DNA from: an uncultured Nitrososphaerota archaeon
GTDB lineage: Archaea > Thermoproteota > Nitrososphaeria > Nitrososphaerales > CADDZS01
Length of the DNA: 64,000 nucleotides
Direction of reading: 5' to 3'
NCBI GenBank assembly: GCA_963799845.1
Contig: CAWCYI010000004.1
Coordinates: 1,760,001 to 1,824,000 of the forward strand
Shown: positions 51,024 to 61,808 of the stretch, piece after piece
Numbering within the stretch: the first letter of the stretch is position 1
How the letters are laid out: each line of letters opens with the position of its first letter
Translations under genes and position numbers: made by a program
Notes under the pieces: model-generated
Seen by the model: only the letters and a program-made list of their open reading frames with translations
What the model was told of the DNA's origin: nothing
Database searches by the model: none

Positions 51024-51805
51024 TCGAGGTAGCAGAAATGTCCACTCTGAGGAATTGAAAGATACTCCGATTTTGGAAGGAGCTCGTGTTGCTTCTTGCA
51101 CACCGGAGCAGTATCGTCGTCTCCGCCGTGGATTATCGCACTTGGGACAGTAGATTGAATCAGGTCTTCGACCATTGATTCCTGACCATACGCCGCTTTT
51201 AGCAGCTCGATTGCCCCGTAAGCGTCGCCGTTCATCCTTGCATATCTCTCCTCAAACAAATAACGCACAAGATAACCTCCAAACTGGCTCTTTGAAAACT
51301 TCTCGTGGAACTGATAGTGCGCTGTTGGCTTCCAAACGGTGTTCCAAAAGTTCAGATAACCTTTCGCCAGAGCTTCGAGATAGACATCGGATGTCGGTTG
51401 ATTACTATTGCCAACTCCTTCGACAACCATATCCTCTACCGGATACGAGGGCGCTCCGATCCAAATAGTTGCCCGAACTCTGTCCGGATGATCAATTGTA
51501 AATTTTTGACATATCGCTCCACCCAGTGAACTTCCAACCAAATACGATTTTTTGATTCCAAGGCTTTCACAAATCGCGAGAAGGTCCTTCGAGAGTCTTG
51601 ATAATTGATATCCCTTGCTTGGCCTCGCCGACTTTCCAAGACCGCGAATATCCGGGGTAATAACTCGAAAATACTCTGAGAACACGGGAGTTTGAAGCAA
51701 CCACATTGCATGATCAGCGGGCCAAGGATGGACTAAAATCATAGGAAAACCATCCCCGTACTCTTCATAGTACAGCTTGGTTCCGTCTGCTTCAACGGTT
51801 GGCAA
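50972..51805 (-). CDS. alpha/beta hydrolase
   Basis: DIRGLGKS, GSSLGG, HGGDD, SGHF. Confidence 0.88.
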   Translation of the reverse strand: MPTVEADGTKLYYEEYGDGFPMILVHPWPADHAMWLLQTPVFSEYFRVITPDIRGLGKSARPSKGYQLSRLSKDLLAICESLGIKKSYLVGSSLGGAICQKFTIDHPDRVRATIWIGAPSYPVEDMVVEGVGNSNQPTSDVYLEALAKGYLNFWNTVWKPTAHYQFHEKFSKSQFGGYLVRYLFEERYARMNGDAYGAIELLKAAYGQESMVEDLIQSTVPSAIIHGGDDDTAPVCKKQHELLPKSEYLSIPQSGHFCYLDQAEIFNKFVLDFVNRH

Positions 51806-51892
51806 GTTCTACCTTACTGCGCTTTTTTTCTATTCTTTGAAGTCTAAAGTTGGCGACACAACCACCCAGGTTTAATCTGCACGTTCAGAATT

Positions 51893-52879
51893 TTAATCAA
51901 GTTGACCCCACATCATGATCTTCTCCCCGGGTACCACGACCGGATTGTGTATCATCAGCATGGCTACTCCGTTCGATGGAGCACGAATTTCTTCTAGAAC
52001 TTCTCCTTCCAGATTCTTTACGATCCCGATGATTCCACCTTTAGGTAGCTTTTCGCCGGGATTCACGTTGCTGAAAAACAATCCTGAGTGGGATATACCG
52101 ATGTTGGCAACGCTTCTCACGATCTTCTGATCTCGTGCGGGTTGCACCCCGCCATCGAGCATCTGCAAATAACGCATAACATTGACCAGTCCATCGAATA
52201 TCTTGTTCACTTCTTTTTCGAGGATAACGTCTCCCTGACCCAATTCGCAGAGGGCACTCGATATTCCCCGCGTCGGCATAACCCGGAACGAGGTACCCGA
52301 CGTGGGAAGAGGAGCTCCTACTTGGTCTTCGATGAGACTGATGTACTCAAATCCCAGGGCTCTCGCCATCCCTTCAGATTTTTCATCGACCTCCGGTTTC
52401 CCGCTCTTGTAGAACAGGGAATACCCTATCTCTGATTCATTTGAATCACCACCGTGGAGATCAATGAAATAGTTCGCCTTAGAAATCAGATTGTTGAAGA
52501 CATTGAATGTGATCATGTGGCTCAGAGATCCATCCTGCCTCCCGGGCCATGTTCCCTGTATGTTCATTCCGTCAACAGGGCACAGGTAGGTTCTTTCCCA
52601 GAACCCAAGGATATTTAGAGCGCGTACGATGATCAAAGTCCCATGCAGGGATTCTGGCATTATCTCCCTAGAAAGCCGGATAGCCGCACCGATTCCGGCA
52701 TATTCAGTGCCGTGGGTACCGGCTACGATGCATAATGTAGGTCCATTGCGGCTCCCCTTGATTACCGTGTACGGAATGCGAGCGTAAGCTCTGGTATTAG
52801 CTCGCGCGTCAGCAAAGTATGGTCCAACTTCCAAGAATGCATTTGATCCAGATCCATTTTCAAGGTTCGTAATATTCAA
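51893..52879 (-). CDS. succinylglutamate desuccinylase/aspartoacylase (M14) family protein
   Basis: GTHGTE, IDLHGG, CELG, C-terminal biotinyl-like hairpin. Confidence 0.88.
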   Translation of the reverse strand: MNITNLENGSGSNAFLEVGPYFADARANTRAYARIPYTVIKGSRNGPTLCIVAGTHGTEYAGIGAAIRLSREIMPESLHGTLIIVRALNILGFWERTYLCPVDGMNIQGTWPGRQDGSLSHMITFNVFNNLISKANYFIDLHGGDSNESEIGYSLFYKSGKPEVDEKSEGMARALGFEYISLIEDQVGAPLPTSGTSFRVMPTRGISSALCELGQGDVILEKEVNKIFDGLVNVMRYLQMLDGGVQPARDQKIVRSVANIGISHSGLFFSNVNPGEKLPKGGIIGIVKNLEGEVLEEIRAPSNGVAMLMIHNPVVVPGEKIMMWGQLD

Positions 52880-53067
52880 AAAAATCTCCGAGCGGGAAGT
52901 GTGTTGAAATCAGTTTATGTCTTTCGAGTCCTACAGAGAGTTGGAAAGGAAGATAATTATTGAGAGCCCAACGGCTTTCAATCCCTACTCCAGATTCTCG
53001 GAAAGGGTGATGTGGGCGTGGCTTTTTGCGAGTCCAGATGAGCTATGTTTCTGGTCTCCATAATTTG

Positions 53068-54612
53068 TTAACCGAACTTGATCCCTTGAGCTAGAGGGAG
53101 CTCGTCGCTCCAGTTGATAGTTGTAGTCTGCCGCCGCATGTACTGCTTCCAGGCATCAGAGCCGGCCTCTCTCCCGCCACCGGTTTCCTTTTCGCCTCCG
53201 AAAGCTCCGCCGATTTCAGCTCCCGACGTGCCGATGTTTACGTTAGCAATTCCACAATCACTCCCAATGACGGATAGAAATCTCTCGGCTTTCTGGAGCG
53301 ATTCGGTAAAAATCGCAGAAGATAGTCCTTGGGGAACTTCGTTATGCAATCGTATTGCGTCATCCAGAGTGTCGTAAGGCATGATGTACAGAATAGGAGC
53401 GAATGTTTCTTCGCAGACTAGCATCGTATTGCCGGGAACCGAGACGATCGCAGGTGTTGCGTAAAAGCCAGGTCTGTCCAGCCGCTCGCCACCCGTGACG
53501 ATCTTCCCACCTTGTGCCGGCAAGATAGAGAGCGCCTTCATCATGGTGTTAACTGCATCCTCATCAATCAAAGGACCCATCAGCGTCTGCGAATCAAGCG
53601 GGTTGCCAATTCTAACCTGCCTGTATGATTTCACAAGTCTTTGGGTGAGGTCATCAATGATTGATTTCTGAGCGATTATCCTTCTCGTCGTGGTGCAGCG
53701 CTGGCCCGCAGTTCCAACAGCACCGAAAAGAATAGCCCTTACTGCAAGGTCAAGGTTTGAGTCCTCCGCGACTATTATTGAGTTGTTGCCGCCTAGTTCC
53801 AAAATCCTTCCCGCAAGACGCTTCGAGGTAGCCTCCGCAACGCGCCTCCCCATGCGAGTTGACCCTGTTGCTGAAATTAGAGCAACTCGCTTATCATTGA
53901 GGAGTCTTTCTCCGATCGTCGAGCCGTTTCCCACAACGAGCGTGAAAATCCCTTTCTGATCATGGGCTTTCATTACTCTATTGACGACATGTTGAATAGC
54001 AATCGCGCTCAAGGGAGTTTTTGATGATGGTTTCCAAACCATAGTGTCGCCGCACACTGCCGCGACCATGGAATTCCACGACCAAGGTGCCACTGGAAAA
54101 TTGAATGCCGTTATTATGCCAACGACACCGAGGGGGTGCCATTGTTCGTACATTCTGTGAAATGGTCGCTCTGATTGCATCGTCAGTCCGTAAAGCTGAC
54201 GCGAAAGGCCAACTGCGAAATCAGCAATGTCGATAGCCTCCTGCACCTCTCCCAAGCCCTCCGGCACGATCTTTCCCATCTCGAGAGTTATCAGCTTCCC
54301 AAGAGGTTCCTTTAGTCTTCGAAGTTCATTTGCAATTTCCTGAACAATCGTTCCCCGTTTGGGGGCTGGCATTAGACGCCATTTTGAGAAACTTTCCTGC
54401 GCGACTGAAATGACATGATCGTAATCATCGTTCGACGCTGGCGCGACCTTTGCAATAGCTGATCCATCGATCGGTGAAATGACATCAATTAGATCTTTTC
54501 CTTCAATGCTGCTCCAGTCGTCGGGTCCAGCACAAGCTCCCGAGTTAATTTCTGTTATTCCAAGAGCTTTGACGAAAGTGTCGTCCCTTTGCGAAGTCAA
54601 ACTGAATGCCAT
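53068..54612 (-). CDS. aldehyde dehydrogenase family 7 (aminoadipate semialdehyde / P6C dehydrogenase)
   Basis: AFNFPVA, LELGGNN, GTAGQRCTT, SDCGIANVNIGTSGAEIGGAFGGEKETGGGRE, LPLAQGIKF. Confidence 0.92.
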   Translation of the reverse strand: MAFSLTSQRDDTFVKALGITEINSGACAGPDDWSSIEGKDLIDVISPIDGSAIAKVAPASNDDYDHVISVAQESFSKWRLMPAPKRGTIVQEIANELRRLKEPLGKLITLEMGKIVPEGLGEVQEAIDIADFAVGLSRQLYGLTMQSERPFHRMYEQWHPLGVVGIITAFNFPVAPWSWNSMVAAVCGDTMVWKPSSKTPLSAIAIQHVVNRVMKAHDQKGIFTLVVGNGSTIGERLLNDKRVALISATGSTRMGRRVAEATSKRLAGRILELGGNNSIIVAEDSNLDLAVRAILFGAVGTAGQRCTTTRRIIAQKSIIDDLTQRLVKSYRQVRIGNPLDSQTLMGPLIDEDAVNTMMKALSILPAQGGKIVTGGERLDRPGFYATPAIVSVPGNTMLVCEETFAPILYIMPYDTLDDAIRLHNEVPQGLSSAIFTESLQKAERFLSVIGSDCGIANVNIGTSGAEIGGAFGGEKETGGGREAGSDAWKQYMRRQTTTINWSDELPLAQGIKFG

Positions 54613-54834
54613 ATTGCTTTGACTCTGGAAGCAAATTTGCATAAATATCTTAGGCCCTCAATCTTCCGTCGAGCTTTTGAAACTGCAATATTGGTTTGAA
54701 ATTGATTTTCTCTTGTATCGGAGATAAATTCCGTCGGCCTCTTGGAGTAGACCAGAAAAGCGTACTGAGTCTTCATATTCGATAAATCTCTTGCGAGGAT
54801 AACAAAATCGTTTTGAGATTAAGGAAGAAACGAC

Positions 54835-55347
54835 ATGGGAATTATTAGCTCCATCATGTTCGGAAACGACAAAAAGAGAAGGAAGCACAATTTCAAGAAG
54901 AAAAAGCAGTATTACAAAAAACAGTACTCCGGCGGGCAAAGGCATGCCCAATCTTCCTACGGACAACGATACCCACAAACCCAAACTAACTTTGCCAATC
55001 CTACACCTCGATTCCCGACACTCAAGGGTGAACTCGTCAGGAGTTTATCTGAGAAATACATTGCAGACTTTCTTTTCATGCATCATGTCGCATACGAGTA
55101 CGAGAGACCTCTTTCGCTGGAAGCTAAGACAGTTCATCCGGATTTCTACCTGCCTACTTACGGCATCTACGTTGAATTTTGGGGATTGCTTGACCGAAAT
55201 CATCCTGACTACTGGGAGAGTTTCAAATGGAAGGTCGACCAGTACGAAAAACACAGGGTGAAGTTTATTCCATTGTTGAATGAGGATCTTCCGAAGCTTG
55301 ACACAGTTTTCGGGGTTAAGTTGCGCCAAGCAATTCAAGCGAGGTAG
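54835..55347 (+). CDS. stand-alone PD-(D/E)xK-like nuclease with basic N-terminal tail
   Basis: VRSLSEKYIADFL..YEYE..PDFYL..IYVEFWG, the nuclease-like module I recall from HelD/UvrD helicases. Confidence 0.7.
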   Translation: MGIISSIMFGNDKKRRKHNFKKKKQYYKKQYSGGQRHAQSSYGQRYPQTQTNFANPTPRFPTLKGELVRSLSEKYIADFLFMHHVAYEYERPLSLEAKTVHPDFYLPTYGIYVEFWGLLDRNHPDYWESFKWKVDQYEKHRVKFIPLLNEDLPKLDTVFGVKLRQAIQAR

Positions 55348-55355
55348 ATTCTACC

Positions 55356-55646
55356 ATGAAATACATGACGGATGCTCATCTTGCCAACGTTTCTCAATTT
55401 CTGAAAAGTAACCGAGTTAATTGTGAAACTGTTCATCAGTACATGAAAGGAAATGAGGATAGCCAAGTCCAAATTTATGATCCAGAAATTGTTCAATTTC
55501 TCATGAAGAAAAGATCAGAAGGAGTGGACATTACTTTGATTTGTAATGATAAAGATCTGGCGGGGCATTGTAGAGTACAGAATCTGCCGGTTATCTTTCT
55601 ACCGTATGCGGTACTTACTCTCATCAAAGAGTTGGAAAGTAAATAA
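55356..55646 (+). CDS. Mut7-C/DUF5615 PIN-like protein
   Basis: MKYMTDAHL..., DPEI, LICNDKDL. Confidence 0.65.
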   Translation: MKYMTDAHLANVSQFLKSNRVNCETVHQYMKGNEDSQVQIYDPEIVQFLMKKRSEGVDITLICNDKDLAGHCRVQNLPVIFLPYAVLTLIKELESK

Positions 55647-55817
55647 TTGTCCTTCGATCAAAAGAATTAGTATTCTACTCAAGAGTTCTTGGAACGAGTG
55701 CTACTGTTTTTCCAAATTCGGAATGTAGATCGCTGACTCGATTGTAACGGTCTGATTTTTTTCAAGGAGATTATCCCTCTTGACTGAGTTCATGCATCAT
55801 TTCGAAAGGTGAGGGAT

Positions 55818-56391
55818 CTATACTTTTTTTCTCAATTGAACCTCAAATATCGAATCGAGTTGATTCTTATGCAAATCAATCGGATAATCTCGCAATTGCT
55901 CGCGGGTGAGTATTGTGCAATCATATTTTCGAGCTGTAGTTAACAAAAGGTCCATGTATGAGGGATCACTGTCAGCCTTTCTCAACATGCCATCGATTGT
56001 CTCAATATCCTGCATGATCATGTAGTTGCGAACTCTCGCGGATGCAATAACATCATTCAGCATTCTTGAATTAGACTGAACAGCTCTCCTCTTTTCCGCT
56101 GCGGCGATTTCTACCTTCAAATCGTGAATTGCTTCTCGAATCTTCGAAATCGTCGAAAATGGATACCAACTGATATCGTTGCATAGTCGCTCCAAATTGG
56201 ATCGATGGTACTGGAATCTATCCGCGCTCAGCAAAGAGCTAGATTCGCTAACCAATTTTTCATAACCCTCCAGTAGCGCGCGCGCGTTTCGCAACCGTGC
56301 GAGTCTGTTCTCCGCACAGCTTGAAACAAGCTCTGTTAGCTCAGAAGAGCTTGAAACGAGCTGAACGGAGCTCAGAGAGCTCGAATCTCAT
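55818..56391 (-). CDS. hypothetical helical protein (probable frameshift near 56366)
   Basis: 158-aa ORF extends upstream without stops; ATG 56391 reachable by a one-base shift. Confidence 0.5.
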
Positions 56392-56514
56392 TGAACGAAG
56401 CGCAACTTGGATTCAATTGAACGGATTCCTATCTCACTGAATTACGGGTGATTAGGAGAATCAAGTTCGTTTGAAAACCCACTTTCTCTTAGTAAATGTC
56501 AGATATTACGGTCC

Positions 56515-57033
56515 TTAATCAATCCCCAGTATGATATCCTTTATCGCAACATAGTCTTTGGTACCCAGCCGGTACCCCACTCGAACCAGATCATCGAGCA
56601 TCTCCAGCACCTTTGACGCTTTCACGTCTCCCTTCTTTGCCCAATAAATCGGAAGGTAAGAAGTGGAACGAACGGGGAGCCCCATGGATCGAGCGGTCTT
56701 TGCTGCTATTTCGTCATCCATGAGCAGCCAATCGATTTTTCTGCCAGCTTCCTGCATGGCAAGCGAGATGCACTCTTTTTCTCCCTCGCCGAGATTGTCG
56801 GAAAGGGGCGGATTTCTAATGACTTTTTTCGACTTTACTACTTTGATCCAGCCGTCGTCGATCGCTTTCTCTATCTCGGGAACATCCGGGCTGCCGAGGT
56901 GCTTGCCCTTCAAAATCTCGTCCAGGACTGCTTGAGGGATAATTATCTGCTCAAAGGTTTCCCTCATCGCCTTCCAGAACAGTGGCACTTTAGCCGGATG
57001 GATGAGGCTGGACGTGTCGGCGACAGCTTTCAA
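56515..57033 (-). CDS. PIN-domain toxin (DUF3368 type)
   Basis: VADTSSLI, IPQAVLDE, LGEGEKECI, LMDDEIA. Confidence 0.85.
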   Translation of the reverse strand: MKAVADTSSLIHPAKVPLFWKAMRETFEQIIIPQAVLDEILKGKHLGSPDVPEIEKAIDDGWIKVVKSKKVIRNPPLSDNLGEGEKECISLAMQEAGRKIDWLLMDDEIAAKTARSMGLPVRSTSYLPIYWAKKGDVKASKVLEMLDDLVRVGYRLGTKDYVAIKDIILGID

Positions 57034-57047
57034 GAAAAATGTTCTCG

Positions 57048-57365
57048 CTATCTTTTGCCGAAATCCGATTCCAGGGATAGTCTAATGCCCCTGATATCGA
57101 TCCTTATTGGGATATCCTCATTTTCCAAGATTTTGTATAATTCTGCGATGGAGATCCCCGCCAGCTCGGAGGCCTTCCCGACCGACAGCTTGCCTCTCCT
57201 GTATTCATCGACAGCTTTCCTCCTGTTATATTCATCCAACCCGATGTCCAGAACCTTCCGAAGTACCGACGAGCGGTCTATCTTTTCCTCCTTTGATATT
57301 CTTTCCAGCTTATCAATCTGGCTTTTGCTCACTCTTCCCGTGAGGTGCCTATTATCGGAATGCAT
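57048..57365 (-). CDS. UPF0175 family antitoxin (RHH + HTH)
   Basis: DRSSVLRK, YRRGKLSVGKASELAGIS. Confidence 0.85.
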   Translation of the reverse strand: MHSDNRHLTGRVSKSQIDKLERISKEEKIDRSSVLRKVLDIGLDEYNRRKAVDEYRRGKLSVGKASELAGISIAELYKILENEDIPIRIDIRGIRLSLESDFGKR

Positions 57366-57512
57366 TATTGTGCCACAAAGGGTCAAAGTGTGTTATAAAC
57401 TATTATGTCTGAAATCCGTTGTATAACTAGGGAGTTCTCGTAGCCGCGTATTCCGTAAAGGTATACTCGGTTAGCTTTATCTTAATCGAATATCATTTTT
57501 AGGTTGAAACTC

Positions 57513-57741
57513 TTGGCAGTCAGTGAACAAGTCTTCAACATTCTCGTCGAGAAAGACGAGGATGGTTTCTACGTAGCCTCCGTCGTAGAGCTTCCCGGCT
57601 GCCACACGCAGACCAAAACTCTCGACCAGCTGAAGCGAGAGGATCAGGGAAGCAGTTGAAGGATATTTGGAAACTTCTAAACCCGAACGAGGACCAGAAT
57701 TTGTCGGCCTTCAGCAACTCAGACTGCAAATATCCAAGTGA
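57513..57741 (+). CDS. hicB: HicB antitoxin (frameshift near 57633; absent from the ORF track)
   Basis: ILVEKDEDGFYVASVVELPGCHTQ..TLDQL then ERIREAVEGYL; stop overlaps hicA GTG. Confidence 0.8.
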
Positions 57742-57980
57742 AACTGACTTTGCCGATAAAGGCGACTAAAGTTCGGAGAGTCGTTAAGGCACCCAACAAA
57801 CTGGGATTCAGATTGGAGCGAACTCATGGGAGTTATCTAATTTTCAAGCATCCTGATGGAAGGATAACCGTCGTGCCGCGACATAGCAATGAAGAGATTG
57901 GTCGTGGTCTATTGAGAAAAATTGCTATTGATCTGCGATTGTCGGCGGATGATTTTGCCAAAATTCTCGAAGAAAGCTAG
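57738..57980 (+). CDS. hicA: HicA toxin
   Basis: LGF..THGSY..FKHPDGRITVVPRH..EIGRGLLRKI; the usual GSH His appears as Tyr. Confidence 0.8.
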   Translation: MKLTLPIKATKVRRVVKAPNKLGFRLERTHGSYLIFKHPDGRITVVPRHSNEEIGRGLLRKIAIDLRLSADDFAKILEES

Positions 57981-58007
57981 CCAAAAACATCAGCTAGGTA
58001 TCTAGTA

Positions 58008-58289
58008 TCATTTAGAACCTGTGTGTCTAGAAAGATTTTCAATTAAAGCAGACTCTGATAGCTTTACATTTTTCTTAATCCTGGGAATATCTTCGCAATA
58101 TCTCTCGATCGCTCTTCGGATGTCGTCGAAATCTGATTTCTTCTTATTTGGTTCGAAGGATCTCTTCAAGGCTTTAGCATCTCCTGATTCCTCGAAGACG
58201 ACACTATCTCCTGCTTTTATTCCTCTTCTTTCGGCGAGCTTCTCTGGCGGCATAACTTGACGCTTTCTCGTAACCTGATGCCTTTTCAA
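58008..58289 (-). CDS. AbrB-like protein, degenerate/orphan
   Basis: VTRKRQV..PEKLAERRGIKAGDSVVF. Confidence 0.5.
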   Translation of the reverse strand: MKRHQVTRKRQVMPPEKLAERRGIKAGDSVVFEESGDAKALKRSFEPNKKKSDFDDIRRAIERYCEDIPRIKKNVKLSESALIENLSRHTGSK

Positions 58290-58401
58290 AATAGACTACG
58301 TTTCAATGTAGGACAATCTTTCTATTTTGATAATTCTTTTGATACAACGGCAACTCGATTAAATACACGATTAGAAAATACCCCTGATTTGAAGTAATTA
58401 C

Positions 58402-59256
58402 ATGGTACTGAAAGGATTTGCGATCAGCTGCTGGATCTGGTCGTCAGATTTCAGTTCGAACGATTTTGAGGCATTCAGAAATGCCAGTGAATTTGGTTTT
58501 ACAGGCATAGAAATTCCGACTCTTGATGGCGTCCTAGATAGCGTCCAGATCAAGAATGTTCTCAATTCGACGTCTCCTCGCCTAACGCCGATCATTATTG
58601 GAGGAGGCTTACCCCAGACTGATATGGCTTCAGACAGTGTTTCGATTGCTGAAAACGGATCAGACTATGTTAAGAGATGTATCAAGGCATGCGCAGACAT
58701 TGGCGGATCTCAGGTATGCGGCCCTCTGTACACCGCAGTCGGAAGTCTCCGATATTTATCAGAGGCCGAAAGGAACAATGTCCTGCAACGAGTAATCCGG
58801 TCTTTCAAAGATATTGGCAGGTACGCCCAGGATTTTGGCGTTTCCATCGCGCTGGAGCCACTCTGCCGCTACGATACTCACCTGATCAACACCTCAGCGC
58901 AGGCAAGGGATCTTGTCGATAAAATTGACCGGGAAAATATTGGAATATTGCTGGATACATTTCACCTGAACATCGAGGAAAAATCATTCAAGGATGCTAT
59001 CTCAACCGCTGGAGAAAAGCTCATCCACTTCCACGCATGCGAAAATGACAGGGGTACTCCCGGAACGGGGCACATCAACTGGAACGAGGTGTCAGATACT
59101 CTTCGCCTAACTGGATATGATGGCTGGATCTCGATAGAGTCGTTTACTCCATTTGATCCGAATTTTTCATCTGCAATGCGAGTCTGGAGAAAACTCGAAA
59201 GTACGCAGGACGAGATTGCTGCGAAAGGACTTGCCTTTCTGAAGACCAAATTCTAG
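58402..59256 (+). CDS. D-tagatose/D-psicose 3-epimerase family (sugar phosphate isomerase/epimerase)
   Basis: ALEPLCRYD, LLDTFHLNIEE, HFHACENDRGTPG, IESF. Confidence 0.88.
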   Translation: MVLKGFAISCWIWSSDFSSNDFEAFRNASEFGFTGIEIPTLDGVLDSVQIKNVLNSTSPRLTPIIIGGGLPQTDMASDSVSIAENGSDYVKRCIKACADIGGSQVCGPLYTAVGSLRYLSEAERNNVLQRVIRSFKDIGRYAQDFGVSIALEPLCRYDTHLINTSAQARDLVDKIDRENIGILLDTFHLNIEEKSFKDAISTAGEKLIHFHACENDRGTPGTGHINWNEVSDTLRLTGYDGWISIESFTPFDPNFSSAMRVWRKLESTQDEIAAKGLAFLKTKF

Positions 59257-60810
59257 TCAGATTTCATGTCCTCCATTGCAATCATTGCCGTGTTATGCCC
59301 AGGTAATCCGGATACTCCACCGCCCGGATGGTTTGCCGGACTGCACATGTACAAACCCTTGATTGGAGTCCTGTACTCCGACCAGTTCGGGAAAGGCTTC
59401 AATGCGAGAGATTGATCTAAAGTAGCCTTGCCCACTCCTGGATCGCCGTATACAAGGCTGGGATTCAATCCCTCAATATCCTGCGGTGACAGTACAACTT
59501 TTTTCAGGATGATCTTCTTGACATTCGGAGCATAGTTGGACAATCGCTCAATGCACGCATCGGCAAAGCGCTCCTTCTGATCAACAGTCCAGGGCCTTCC
59601 ATTCACGAACACTGGAGCCCTGACAAAATTCCACATTATGTGTTTTCCAAGGGGAGCTCTCGTAGAATCATAGCAGGTCGTGTTATCGATCGTCATGAAA
59701 GGCTCTTTCGGTGGCTGACCAATTACGCAATCATTGTACGCCCGCGATATCTGGTTGAGCGAGTCGCCAATCTGCACCAGACCCGCTTTCTGGACCTCCT
59801 TCGGTCTGTAGTCGAGCCAATCATCCAGAGCTGCATGGATCATGACTTCGCTCACTTTCGAGTAGCGGAAACTCCTCACCTTCTTCTTGAAAGACTCATC
59901 AAGAGCAGAATCGGGGACAAGCTTGAGGAACAACGATTTCGGTTCCACACTAGCAACCACTCCCTTCTTTGCTTCGATCGTTGTCCCCTTTGCCGTCTTC
60001 ACGCCGTAAGCAGCGCCATGCCTGACGAGGATTTCAGTTACCTCCTGCCCCGTGATAATACTACCATTATGCGATTCCACGCACTTCCGCAGCGCTTCCA
60101 CAAGCGTGGTCATTCCGCCTAATGGAACGCCAGCTCCCCTGGTACTGCAGCAGTCCAAAGAAGACCATGACAAGAATCGCGCTCCCTGCGTCCTCCGGAG
60201 ACAGTGGAATGTGATTACTTCCCCACAGCGCAAGAAACGCCCTCATCTCCTCGGACTCGAAATTCTCCTCAAGCCAGTCCCTCGCCGACATGTAGGAAAA
60301 TTGTAGAAAGTCAAGCCCAGTGTCAGATCCCTCCAGCGCGCTCATCATTGATGAAAATAGAACCGGGGCCGAAGCAAGACTCCCGAGCAAGATGTCCTTT
60401 GATTCTATGAAAAATTCATAGAATTCTTTGAATTTGTCGGCGTCTTTTTTGGAGAATCTGGAGATCGATTTCAGAGTCAGGTTAAGATCCCGGTAGATCG
60501 AAATTGCTTCGCCGTTACGAAATGGCGTCGAAGCAACCGGATCGGGATCAACATCCCTGTAGCCATACTTCTTGAGTTCCAGTTCATCCTGAATTGAACT
60601 TGCCCTCCAGATGTTTATCGATGTAGCGAACATATCGTGCTTGAACCCTGGTAATGTTATCTCTTTTGTTACCGCTCCTCCACCAAGATAATTCTGACGC
60701 TCGATAGTTAGTGTGGAATATCCTGCCTTACCCAGGTAGGCGGCAGCGGAAAGGCCATTCGTTCCACCTCCCACGATAATGAAATCTGGCGAATCCAAAA
60801 GGTTGCTCAT
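59253..60810 (-). CDS. phytoene desaturase-like FAD oxidoreductase (frameshift near 60138)
   Basis: IVGGGTNGL, LGGG, LPGF, YRTPIKGLY, HPGGGVSGLPG. Confidence 0.85.
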
Positions 60811-60965
60811 TCGGAGCTTACCAGCGTTCCGTATTTTAGGATTCAAACAGATTTTCGATACGAGGCTATTACAGATCCGAAAAAAAGAGGAAGGGTCCTC
60901 GCTCCGCTCGACAGTCTTCCCAAGAATTCAATTGCACGTATTCCCATGCCATTCTTAGACAACTG

Positions 60966-61395
60966 CTATCCAATCCGCGCCACCAGTCCGTCGAAACCTC
61001 GATCAAGAGAAATGAGATAATCCAGATTGTACTCCTTGATCTGCGTCAATATCGTATGGTCTGTGAAGCTCAACTCTTTGAGTTTCCCGCTCCGGAATAC
61101 TCTCCAGCTTTCGGCGAATGTCTTCTCGTCAACCCGGATGAGCCTTGCGAGTGTCAGTATTCTTTCCTCTTTTGATCCCAGGATGATCTTCCCGACCTTT
61201 ACCGCGTTCTCCACCCTCCCAGTACGAATCAGAGTCACGGTGAGCGCCTCATCAAACACGTAATCTGAGGTATAGGGCTGACCAAACTCACCTTTGCGAA
61301 TTCTTTCGAAGAGAAGAACAGCTGACTTTGTGATCTCGATTTTTCTTGTTCGCCAATGAAACGAACATGTTCGTGTCGATGAAAGAGCTGGTCAT
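60966..61395 (-). CDS. vapC: VapC PIN toxin (frameshift near 61328)
   Basis: FIDTNMFV; TSDYVFDEA; LSFTD; ISLDRGFD. Confidence 0.8.
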
Positions 61396-61405
61396 AAGAT
61401 TCAAT

Positions 61406-61705
61406 CTACCTTTTTATGATCCTTGTCTTTCTCCCGTAAAGTGTCTCGTCGATGTCTTGCCATCTCGACTTGAAACCCCAATCTTCGCTCAAAGCTAGAA
61501 TCCTCTGGAAATCCTCGCTGGACATCGGAACCGTTTCTTTGAGAACTCGATCTACAAAATCATCGCTTCTCTCGATTGCATCGCTGATGAGCGCTGAAAG
61601 CAACTCTTGCTGTGTGACCTTTTTCCCCCTGAGAGTGATGAGTGCTTGGAGCTTTTCCAGGTTTTGCTTATCAGCTTCGTCGACCTTTACTGTTGTGGTA
61701 GGCAT
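61406..61705 (-). CDS. VapB-type antitoxin
   Basis: TTVKVD...VTQQELL...DIDETLYG, immediately upstream of the PIN gene. Confidence 0.75.
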   Translation of the reverse strand: MPTTTVKVDEADKQNLEKLQALITLRGKKVTQQELLSALISDAIERSDDFVDRVLKETVPMSSEDFQRILALSEDWGFKSRWQDIDETLYGRKTRIIKR

Positions 61706-61808
61706 TCAATTCATGGTATACAAGTATTCCAGATATACTTTGCTACCGACAGCAAAGCACATGAGCAAGATGATTGAGAGTTTCTTTGATGTAATCATTG
61801 AATTCCTT

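Noticed and set aside
52921-53004. CTTTCAATCC (CRISPR-repeat-like end), a 10-bp hairpin and two loosely similar CTTTC...GGAAAG units
   Set aside because: No regular array, low identity between units and no cas genes
56318-56362. Two AGCTTGAAAC(A/G)AGCT palindromes resembling the hairpin of the duplicated element
   Set aside because: The rest of the element is absent, and they read as repeated (E/Q)LVSS codons in the upstream extension of the 55818 ORF; probably coincidental
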